A stretch of 64,000 bases of DNA from Chrysomallon squamiferum. Taxonomy: Eukaryota > Animalia > Mollusca. The DNA is taken from NCBI GenBank assembly GCA_012295275.1, contig CM022671.1:3534001-3598000 (forward strand). The letters run 5' to 3'. A program made the position numbers and the translations under genes. Under the pieces are notes generated by a model. The model was not told the DNA's origin. It saw nothing but the letters and a program-made list of their open reading frames with translations, and searched no databases. Of this stretch, positions 52,201 to 64,000 are shown piece by piece (position 1 is the stretch's first letter; each line of letters starts with the position of its first letter).

Positions 52201-53479
52201 GTATGGTCACATAAGCATTAAATCTGTAAAGGTACAGTACTGACTGTGTTTATATAGAAAGAATTTACAGTTTTTATCCAAGGCAGAGAATTTACAATTG
52301 ATTATGTACCAATACTAAAATTGAAATTAAAGTATTCCCAGTTAAACCTTTGTATCTGAATGTTTGTTATTTTTTGTTAGTAACAATTATAATTTTAAAA
52401 TTTTGTGGTATAAATTTATTTTATTTTAATTATTTTATTTATTTTTTTTTTTTTTTTATTTTTTATTTATTTTTTTTTTTTTTTTGTAAGTTTTTTTTAA
52501 TGATTTTACAGTGAAGACGTCTCAGATTTATCCCCATAATTTTTTTTTTCACCAGGTTAGTATATTGTTTATCCTAGGTTCACTCTTGTCCATTTTTTGA
52601 TGTGAAGCAATGAGACCACTGTGACTTCTGATACAAACTTTTTGGATAGATAATTAAATATTAACTTGAAGCTGAACTGGATGTATTCACATCTGAACTA
52701 TTTTCTGACAGCCTTTTAAGTTTTGTATGAAAGAAAACAAACAACAGAACACCAAATTCATTAAATGAAAATTATTTATTTGTATAATAATCTGTAGTAA
52801 TAAGAAATAAAATATTGTTAAATAAAAATATCATACTTTTTTCTTAAAATGAAAAAATATACATAGGACTATATTATTATAACAAAGGCAGTTAGATTAA
52901 AAAAAAAAAAAAAAAAAAAAAAAATCTAAGCATATAAAGTCCAACCCTGTTTCTATAAAGCTTGACCAAATCTGATACAAAAATGCCCAGGATGTTACAA
53001 AACTATATTTAGCATTAACAACATCAAACAGCAGAGAAATCTTGTAGTACACAATATAAAAAAAAAAAAAAAAAAAACATTCCTTTCTAACAACTTCTAA
53101 TTTGTTATTTCATAAAATAAAACGTAACAAACAGTAATAATCTGATAAAAAATCTATATCTATTGGAATTATCAAAACATGTTTGTAACAACAGGCTTGT
53201 CATAACCACTGAAGAGTGCTTGATGTGCACAGCTGTCCACCTTCATCAGTAAAAAATTAGAAATAAAAATAAAATTTAGAATTTAACAATTTTTTTTTTT
53301 TTTTTTTGTGTCCACACAGACAGGTTTTTTGGTAAGAGTTAATCTCTATGAACACTGACTACAATTTTCATGTTATTTTTTTTTATATATAACTCAACAA
53401 AGACAATAAACTTCTCAGGAAACAAGACAGACACTATTACAAGGATAAAAATGAAGTATTACAAACAAAATTAGTGATT

Positions 53480-53800
53480 GTAGAATGTTATGAAAAGAAA
53501 CAACTAAATGTAGAATATGAGTAGAAACTTCTACAATATGTGCTGAAAGAATTAAAGAAGAATATCAATAAAAACAACTAAAGTAAAAATTGTAGAACAA
53601 ATAGAAGCAATTAAAAGTAAAAAAAGTTGAAACGTAAAATACAAGTAAAATCAAGTAAACATGAGTAGAATAAACAAAATGTAAAATATGAGTAGAATAA
53701 ACAAAATGTAAAATATGAGTATAATCAACTAAATGTAGATTACGAGTAGAATAAACTAAATTTATATTATGAGTAGAATCAATTAAATGTAGAATGTAAG
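53480..53800. repeat. About 27-bp degenerate tandem repeat (gagtagaataaacaaaatgtaaaatat)
   Basis: Near-identical copies at 53663-53720 with more degenerate flanking copies. Confidence 0.85.
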
Positions 53801-54695
53801 TATTAGCAACAAAATATCTTTTCCGATGAGTAAATTACAAAATGTCATGATTCACTTGATGTAGATAACAAAGAGATCTCTCTCAGATTCCTATACTTCT
53901 GCCAAGATTTTCCAGAAATTTCAAGGAATATAATAATACCAACACTTTCCTAGAATAATTTACATTCTAACCGTTACCTAGGATATTCCTGGAAAAAACA
54001 AATCACCTCTATTTTCCATACAAATAAATTAACATTATTTTCTAGAAAATTCCAAGAGAAAAATATCATCTATTTCATAAGGTAGATGACATAAAACAGG
54101 AAATCCAATACTTCTAATTATAAAAGATTGCATTTTTGTTAATTTTTAAATAATTTTAAAGTGTAACTTATGAACTGATGAAATAAATTGAGCAAATTAG
54201 TAAGTGTCAATAAATTTAAATGAGAAACATTTTTATTTTTTTTATTTTTTTTTATTTTTTACTGTGCAAAGAGATGGAAAAGTTAATGAAACAAAAACCT
54301 TGGACTATTTCAGAAGGTTAGAAATTAAATTTGAAAGACATTTCAATGCTTTCAAGAACCAATTCTTTTCTCTTTTTTTTTCCTTAAGAATTTTCAAGAA
54401 TTTCAGTGGCTACATGAATGAGATTTATATTAAAATGAAGCAATTAATTTTTAAATAATTAGCAAATACAGTGTTTTGAATATTAAAGTAACTAACTATG
54501 ATAATATCTTGGAAATAAATAATATAAATAATATACACAGTAGACTAAAATTTTAAAGCATCAATATTTTATTTCACTAGAAACAGAATGCTTGGCAGCT
54601 GACTATAAAATTCATACCTGTAATTGACTAACCTTTATGCACACTCCTTAGAAAAATATGCTTTCCCATAATTTAAATATGTTTGTGAAGGTTTT

Positions 54696-54697
<2 letters not shown>

Positions 54698-54749
<52 letters not shown>

Positions 54750-54870
54750 TAATAATAATAATAAAGAAAAGAAACAAATAAATTAAAAAAAAAAGTATTA
54801 AAATAAATTTTAAAAAGTAAAAAAAAAAAAAAAAAATAAAAATAAATAATAATAATAATAATAATAAAAA

Positions 54871-54927
<57 letters not shown>
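54698..54927. repeat. (AAT)n microsatellite cluster, representative of many AAT/TTA tracts in the window (e.g. 26846, 34423, 49355, 51667, 57942)
   Basis: Read directly from the sequence. Confidence 0.9.
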
Positions 54928-54929
<2 letters not shown>

Positions 54930-55249
54930 ATTACTGCAAGTAATTAACAAAACATACTCTGCAAATCAAAAATAATATCTGACATATTTAAGTAAATAAA
55001 TATATTTTTTCAATTCTGTGTGCTCTCTTTAACGTGGAGAGTACTTGAGGTGCCAGACACTGAAGTATACAACAACAACAATGTGAGGTATATACGGCAT
55101 TGAACAACTAATTAATATCTTTACAACCATACAGCATATATCTTAAATATTTTTATAACAAAAACTAAATGTATAATACCAGTAAGGTGCTGCAAATGTT
55201 GAAAAATCTAATATCTCTAACAATCGGTTACTGTAAAAGCAAATATACC

Positions 55250-55810
55250 CTAGTAATGTTTTGTATAAGCGGTCCATATTGTCTAATAATGTTATTGTAC
55301 AAGCAACTAAATATTGTCTAATAATGTGTTATTGTACAAGCAAATAATACTTTTTCTAATAATGTTATTGTACAAGCAACTAATACTGTCTAATAATGTG
55401 TTATTGTACAAGCAAATAATACTGTCTAATAATGTTATTGTACTAGCAACTAATACTGTCTAATAATGTGATTTTGTACAAGCAACTAATACTGTCTAAT
55501 AATGTGATTTTGTACAAGCAACTAAACACAGTCTAATAATGTTTTTGTACAAGAAACTAAATACTGTCTACTGTGTTTTTGTACAAGCAATTAAATATCT
55601 AATAATGCATTTTTGTACAAGCAACTAAACATTGTCTAATAATGTGTTTTTGTACAACTAAATATTGTTTAATAATGTGTTATTGTACAAGTAAATAAAT
55701 ACTGTCTAATAATGTATTATTGTACAAGCAAAATAAATACTGTCTAATAATGTATTATTGTACAAGCAAAATAAATACTGTCTAATAATGTGTTATTGTA
55801 CAAGTAAACA
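55250..55810. repeat. About 36-bp minisatellite (tctaataatgtgttattgtacaagcaactaatactg)
   Basis: Roughly 15 tandem copies of the ttgtacaagcaa / gtctaataatg core. Confidence 0.95.
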
Positions 55811-57940
55811 ATGTGGAATAATGAATGAATGTTCAAGCAACTGAATACTAACTACTGATGTTTGATATAAAGATTCTGATAACAGTTATATATAAATATT
55901 TAAAATACAACAAACAATGTGTTACTGTGCATGCACTGAATCAGTATCAAATACTCTATTAGTACACAAGGACCAAATACAGCTGTAACTAATATGTAAT
56001 GGTAGACATTTTAAAATGGGTTTCTAAATGGGTTTCAAGCAGTGTTATGTTTGCAATTGTAAAATCACATTTACGAAATTTACATGGTTCCTGCATTAAG
56101 ATTTCAAAACTGGACACTGTAATGACCAAAAATTGAAATTACCTGAATCAGTTTGAAATATCACTTGTTGGTGATTGCTCTCTCAATGCTTCATGTTACT
56201 GTCATCATTTTTGTCCACTGATAGTGTTTACCTGCCTGTCTCAGTTTTTAATAAAATAAAGAAATATCTTACTGACTGATGCACTGAACATATTTTATAA
56301 TAAATCACAGTTATGGATAACAAGAATGATAACTCACAGGCCTTATATACCTGTAAGCTTTTGTCCTCCAAAGGATTATTGATGTAACTATATCATGATA
56401 AACCTGTAAAGAGAGAGCCAAGACAGGAATGGGAAATAGCTTAAAGGCTTCACTGATGAACTATCAAATCTCAAGTCTGACCTATGATCTACCAAGCCAC
56501 AGTCTTGTGATCTACCAAGTCAGTCCTGTTTTAAAAGTCATTTAACATAAACTCAGCTCTCTGTCAACATTGTTTCAATGTAGAAGGTAAAACGTATAGT
56601 ATTTCTGGCCATTACAGATTAAAGAAACAAAACCATGTTCAACACAGTTAATGTCACATAAGTGGAAAACTAACAGGAACCAGTGGAAGCATGTTTTATA
56701 ACATTTCAGCATCAAATTACATTGACACAGAGTTAAGTATATGAACAAGTTAAAAACACTGGACACAAAAAGAGCAGAAATAAAAGTGTACTTGTGGTGA
56801 TATGAAGAAATAGTCAAACTATTTTCAAGTTATGTTTTGTTTTATGCTATTCAATCTTTATTAATAATAATTTATGACAAGAAAAGAGAGTATTTAAAAA
56901 TATCTGGGTACTGCCATTTTCCTGCAGTCTGACATAACTGGGTACAGGATGGACTGATTCACTGTAGTTCTTCTACTGCTGTCAGAAACAACATGCTATC
57001 AGTCTACCACACAGTGATGTCACCATTCCAAAACAGCAGTATCAACAGCTTATGTAAAAAGTATTATTTTACAGTTATACTTAGTTACAAATTATGACAG
57101 CTTACCCATGGTTTACCAAATAACTTCTTGGAAATATAACCAAACCATTTATTCATACCATTACCAGTACACTTTAAAAAGGTTATTCAGAAAAAAAGAT
57201 GTATCAGTTCAGATCAGTCTTAGACTCGTTTCTTTTCAAAAATATTTTATCCAGGTCTAAGAAAATAACCTGTGGTTTTCACCATATTTCATAATAAAGC
57301 ACTTGTAATAATTGTAATAATGTATTAATGTATTAATTAAGCTGAGGTAGAAGAGATTTAAAAAAAAAAAAAGCTGTCTTAGGCAAAGTTACCCTAATTT
57401 GTTTTCAAATGAGGTTGTTTTAGGCTTAAAAAAGCAAGACAGAGGATTTTCATTTTGAGCTAAATGTATTTTAAAGTTAATGATTTTTATATTTAAAATA
57501 TTATTACTGAATAGGACATTACTAAATGTTTTAAATATCATTTATAATTTAATCTGAGATCAAACCATTCATAATAATAATAATAATAATAATAATAATT
57601 AAAAAACATCATCACAACAATAATCTTTCATGCATGAAACAAAAATAACAGTAATAATAATAATAAATAAATAAAATAAATAAATATATAATTATCACAA
57701 CAATATTTCATGTTCGAAAAAAAAAAAAAAAAATAATAATAAAATAATATAAAATAATAATAATAATAATAAATTTAAAAAAATATATATATAAATTTGA
57801 TAATAATTTATCACAACACACATGAATTGTGCAAAAAGAAAAAAATGAGATCAGCTGAAACCAAACACAGCCTAGAGCAAATAATCCTGTTACAAATTTT
57901 ACACAAATACCAACACTAGTTTTAACTGAAATTTTTGTTT

Positions 57941-57996
<56 letters not shown>

Positions 57997-60900
57997 CAAC
58001 AACAATAACAATAACAAAGAAAATAAAAATAAAAAAGGAAAGATAATTAGAATGGATCTGATATCAAACTTTTCTTTAGTTATGAGCAAATTATTTATTT
58101 ATTTTAAATGAGCAATTATTGGATAGAGGGAAATAAATTTTAAGGCCATTATAATTTAAATCTTAAACCTGTGCTTCTTTCTTTCATTTTTTTTTTTTTT
58201 CTGAAAATCTTATGATTTATTTTACAATGGCCTCAACTTCACCATTTTTTTTTTTTTTTTTTTTCACATGATTCTTAAATATTCTTATTTTTGAACTAGT
58301 CTCCTAACACTCCCATAAACCAAGAGTTATATTAAAATTATTTTAAACAAAAAACTTTATTATTATTTTTTAATTTATAGCTAACGTATAAAAATAAAAG
58401 ATGACCATACACAGCTGCCTTTTAAAAACATTAACATGAAAAAACATGAGTGAATTATATCTGTTCACACTAACAATTAAAGTCACATATATTGAGCCCA
58501 GATGGGACAAAGATACAATGTTAGCATCAAAGTATACTTTACCCCATTTTGAGCCTTAACTCAATGGTTTTTACTTTTAAGATGTATGTATTCTTTGATG
58601 CATACAATTTCTGAAACATACACACTAGTGTATATTCTCAACCTGAATGGTTCTGTGATAATACATGGGACAGGGCTGTAAAAAAGCTGTACATTTGTTA
58701 TAACTTCACAACATACTACATAAATGACTGTCATTGTACTTCTATGAAAAGACAATATTTAAATTAAGGGATATCATTTTTGGGGGAAATACATGTATAT
58801 ATATATATATATAAGTAGATATGTAGCACGGTGGAATGAAAAAAAAATAATAATAATAAAAAAAAAATAAACTAAGTCTTGGGTATATCTAGTAATGGAG
58901 TATTCAAGGATATTTTTCAATAAATATGTAACAGGACATACAAGTATACATCTTCTGTAAAATGTAATAAGCAAGTAATTTGGGTACATGTCAAGTAGGA
59001 TGCAATACAAATACCTGATACACTAAATCTAGTACCTGGGCACAGAATCAAGTACTTTGGTACCTAACTAGCTTGAACACACAACAATCAGTGCATTTAC
59101 CAAATGTCTATGAAGTCAAAAATGTCTAGGCTGCCTTTTCTATATTATTCCTAATCAAATAATTTAAATATATAAAATAAAATAATAAACAATTTGCAAA
59201 GCTGCTTAAGATTAGTACAATAATAAATTGAAACATTGTGGAAGTGACTTCCAGTCTGCTATATTAATTTCACATCATCAACAGAATAAAAAAACACAGA
59301 TACACTGACACAGTACAGTCATTTGTCAAAAACTGTTTCACACAAACATCAACAGATTAAACAAACAACTAAACAGACACAATACAGTCATTTGTTAAAG
59401 TATGTTAGTATTTAAAATTCTCTTTTTCTATATAAAATTTAAAAGATATAACAATCCTTAAAAGTTCACATCATAAAATGCTACTTAAAATAACAAAATA
59501 AAATATACCAAATATTTATAAGAAAAAAATTGGACATCAAAAATCAGGATTTATTTCATAAGGCCTAAATCTTTCCAATCATGTAAGTTTCTTTAATATT
59601 AATTGTCTTTGGACTTTATTATTCCATTTAAAAAAAAAAAAAAAAAAATTACGGTATGTAACATGTATTTAAAAATGCATTACATGCGAAAAAACTGCAA
59701 TATGTTTTGTCTTCTTAAAATATTCCATTTTGTGCCAGTTCACAGTAGAACCCATCACATCATTTATCTACATTACAAATGTTCTGTCTGGCAAAAATCA
59801 GTATAAAAAGACCATGACAAATAATCCTAAGTCATAAAACACATAACATAAAATAAAATTCTTGAGGGACCAATATTGAGATACCAAGTTTGCTCACAGA
59901 ATTAGTTAAAATGTGATCTATTTAAAACGTAGATGAGTTATTATGGATAAAACCGTCAATGTGTGCTTACTGCATTTATTCTTTGGATAAGCTCAAAACA
60001 TCTGGTGGATTAAAATGTACTTTTTCTCTTTGGCCTGGTAACACTGTGACCAATTTAAAGGTGGACAAAAAACACTAGCAGTGAACTGTGTATTTTTACT
60101 CAGTGGATCAGTTACACTATAAAACTCTACAAAATGGATGGAGTTTATTTTGGACATAACAGTTAATGCAGACTGTTAGTGAATTATTCTGTTATGAGTG
60201 AATTTGCTGTGGATATAACAGTGAACATAACAAAGTGTTGTTATATATATTTTCTTTTTGGACATATAATGAATCTGTTATGTTATTTAAAGAGTGCAGT
60301 AATAAATAATTAAATGTGTTTAGTGTTTGAAACAGTTAAAAGCTGTAGCAGTTGGACAAATAATGAATTAATCAAAGAATTTACTAGTTAGATAGGTTAG
60401 ACCTGACCTAATTGAAAATCTGGACAAAACCACAGATGGATTCTTGTCAAGTTCCCATTATTACACTTTGGGCTAATTGACTTAAGACCAGTTTAAAGTG
60501 TACATGTTACAGTATGAACAAACAACATGAATTAAATTTGCACATTTCCAAATCACTGTTCTGTTTCTAGTTTTTGCTAATAAAAAAAAAAAAAAAAATT
60601 CATTAGAATCCAGTGGTATCAACATTTTCTTTTTCTTAACATTATTTCCTAATCAGAAATGAACAAAAATCCCTTTTACACTGAGTTTATGGCCACATAA
60701 CACTGGTTTACTCAGTCTATCTGGGTTTTGCTCCATTTCTATCTACAAACGAAACAGTTAAAGGAGTTAGAATTGCATTCTTACATACTTGTTATTGTAT
60801 TGCTGTATTTCATTATTTGAAAAACTCAGTACTGTTACTGAGAAGATAATATGTAGATATATAAAATGTTTGTTTATAATGCAACAGGCACACTTTAAAC

Positions 60901-63900
60901 ATCAAAAAGACAAATGTAAAAACAAAACAAAATAATAATAATAAAATAAATAAATAAATAAATAAAAATAATAATATTAAAAATATAATAATAAAAACTT
61001 TATGATACTGGAAAGATTTATAAAATATGTGTTGTAAATAAAATGTGAACTAGAAAACCTCCCAAAATTCACATGCCAATGATATAAATGTGCCTTGAAA
61101 AATATTACCAAAATATTAACTAAGTATTATTTTTAAAAAAAACCAAGAAGGATATATATCTGCCATTAACATAGTCTTCTAAAAAATATTATTCAATTAA
61201 ACAGACAAATTTAGCACCATCACTAAAACCACATAATAATTAAAATTTAAAAATTTAAAAAACTTTTCTACATAAATTATCTCCTGGTTCATTTAGCACC
61301 ATTTAATTATTAAAATTACAAAATTGTGAAAACGAATAATGAAAGATATTATTCAAACTGGTCCTATAACACACCTGTCAACTTATTTCTATTCTATAAA
61401 TATTTAAAAAAAATTAATTAAAATTTTTGAGAAATGTGGAAAATTTTAAAATAATTAATATTACCCAACACTGTCCTATCCAAATGAATTAATTTTTATT
61501 AACTTTATTAATTATGTGTTTGCTTTGACACTACAATATTAAATAAACAGAATTGTAACATATCTTTTTTTTTTACTTTTTTTTTTAAAATTATTCTTTT
61601 CTCAAAGGCTTTTTCAAGGAAAACAGATTTGTGCCATTTTTTTCATGAGTATCTAGATCAGGATTAAAAGGTCAAGGCCTTTCCTGAATTTCCAGATTAT
61701 GTAAGAATTTAAAAAGATTTGTGAATATAATTTACATTCAGTAAAGTTGACAGGCATGTTACGGTGAAATATGATAGAAAGAATTCTTGTCTCTATTTAA
61801 TTAGTAAGTGACTATCAGTTGTACTAATTTCAGCAAATAATGATTTTTAAAAAAAGGATTAAAACTATTATTAAAAAGTTTAAGAATAGGCACACTTAGT
61901 TTATTTATGACATTAATATATGAAATATATTGCATATGTAATAAATAAATAAATAAAGAAGTTAATAACAAATTAAAAACATATCAATAAATTTTTTTTT
62001 TTAAATTCCTTTTTTGATATAAAACAGATTTAAATTTTTTCTTTCTTTGATTAACAATTTCTTTTTAAAAAAATCATAAATAAATAAATAAATAAATATT
62101 TTAAAACATTTTTAGAAAATGGAAATTTTCATTATTTCCTATTTAGTTTGACCTCAATCAGAATTTGAGCATTTATAAAACAAAAACTTACAAAAGAATA
62201 TGTTAACACTCATGGCATTACCATAACAATAAAAATTAAAAAAATAAAACAATTAGAAGAATCCCCCAAAAACCAACAACGAGAGAACTATAAAGAAATA
62301 AACAGAAATAGTACCCAAAATTAGTTACAGCCATTTTTTTTAAAAACAATTTTAATGGGGGTGGGACTGTTTTAGCTTCAGTATTAAAGTAATTGTTATT
62401 TGTTTTTTGCTTTTTGTTTTTTCACACAACTCTACCTTACTGAAGCTGAATTTGACATGTAAAGATGTAAGTTATAATCTCAAAAAGAAGTGCTTAAAGC
62501 AGTAATAAAAATTATTTTGAGTCAGTATACAATGAGAAAAATATTTTCTCAATAAATAATTAGGGAAAAAAAAAAATTAAATAAATCAAATTTTTTTTTA
62601 TAATAAATGACAATAAAAAAAAATACTCATTGTATGATGTTGCTTTGTTAAAATTGTATCATGGAAAAACAATGGCTAACAAAAGTCTAGAAATGATTTC
62701 TGAAATACGTAAAAAATTCTTCATTAAAATAGAACAGTGACATTTTTTTACAATACTGTCATGTATGAATAATGCTTTGAAGTGAAGATAACTGGCTCTA
62801 CATAAAATGTTCAGAGGCACACGTATATCAGAGTATACCATTTAGCAATATTGTCAAGAACAATAAAATAATTTAACTGAATTTTTGTTCTTTGATTTTT
62901 TTCAAATGAAATCTGAAATTGAAAAACAAAATGAAAAAAAGACAAAGAAACAGTAAAATTAGAAAATAAACATGAAGAATAAATAAATAACAAAAATGAA
63001 TTTCTGAATGCCAAGATAACTATAAAATAGAAGTATTATTATCAATTTAAAACATTATTAAATGAGCCAATTATCTTTTTCATAGTTAGCACATTGCTTC
63101 TTAAGAATACCTGCATTGGTTTTACTTTTATTTGTGTGACAGGAATGTATATTAAAACAGAATAGGTATAATATATATATATATATATATATGTTATTGT
63201 CTGTGCATTGATACCACAATTATGTAAATTAAAAATATTATTGTTTTATTATAAAAAAGCATTTTAACCATTAATGTTTTGAAAATATTTTCAATAAGAC
63301 ACAATTTATTTTTTATTACGTTTTTTAAAAACATACTGAAAAATCTACATATGTAACATACATACAAAAAAACCTCACAATGGACACTTGTAACAAATAC
63401 ACAACTACATGGCTAGCACCTATATAATTATTAGTTAAAAAGAATTGTTCTCGCAACAACCATGACTCAAAACGGCTAGGTTTGTAATAAATAGTAAGAA
63501 AAATATACACATCTTTACTAGTTCATAAAAACCGCTAACTAGAAAATATATAACACTATTTAGTACATAAACAACTTTCTTACAAACAGAGTATATAAAT
63601 AGTTATAAGAGAAATTTTCAAGCTCGTCAAAGTAAAAAAGACACTATAGGTTTTACAAAAAAAAAAATATTTTCAAGTTAGTTCTATAGTTATCACCATA
63701 GCACAGGCCTTGTTAAACTCATGAATATTCATGTCTTGTTTTTCATTGCTTAATAATAATTATTTTGCATGACTAAGTCTCCATGAATAATCAGACAACC
63801 AGTCAGTGTATAAAATATGCGAAATGTTTCGACATAAACTGATTGTCCTTTCTTTTCAAATTCGGATCATGAACAGTTGTAAAAAAGCCTATTTTAAAAA

Positions 63901-64000
63901 GTGTTATGCAAAAGTGTTTGGCACAAGGTATTTCGTTTGCTTGTGAATGTTTAAAAAAAAAGGTTTTTCTCCTGTTTTTTTTTTTTTCATTTATAAAACA

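Noticed and set aside
55250-55810. 36-bp periodic repeat resembling CRISPR repeat length
   Set aside because: No spacers; an ordinary degenerate minisatellite.

Overview
AT-rich, intron-rich animal genomic DNA. The exon structure and a degenerate SINE-like repeat suggest a mollusc, probably a gastropod; this is inference. Three spliced genes lie on the + strand: the last 15 exons of DENND6 (269-10425), a complete 12-exon G6PD (18042-29584, 543 aa) and a complete TBC1D22 Rab-GAP (35750-46792, 492 aa). I assembled the exons by hand; all have GT-AG ends and consistent phases. The most notable structure is in TBC1D22, where the exon encoding the catalytic arginine finger (IxxDxxR) is duplicated as two divergent 66-nt exons, 7a and 7b. 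The intron between them folds into a long nested stem, and an element downstream of 7b is complementary to both 5' splice sites, which suggests RNA-structure-controlled mutually exclusive splicing. Also notable are a 42-bp minisatellite built from the G6PD exon-10 donor (15 donor copies; the first 7 extra donors are in frame and stop-free), a consensus Nrf2-type ARE in G6PD intron 2, and a Tigger4/Zombi-like MITE. No clear coding sequence was found in 47-64 kb. Most supplied ORFs are artefacts of low-complexity sequence.
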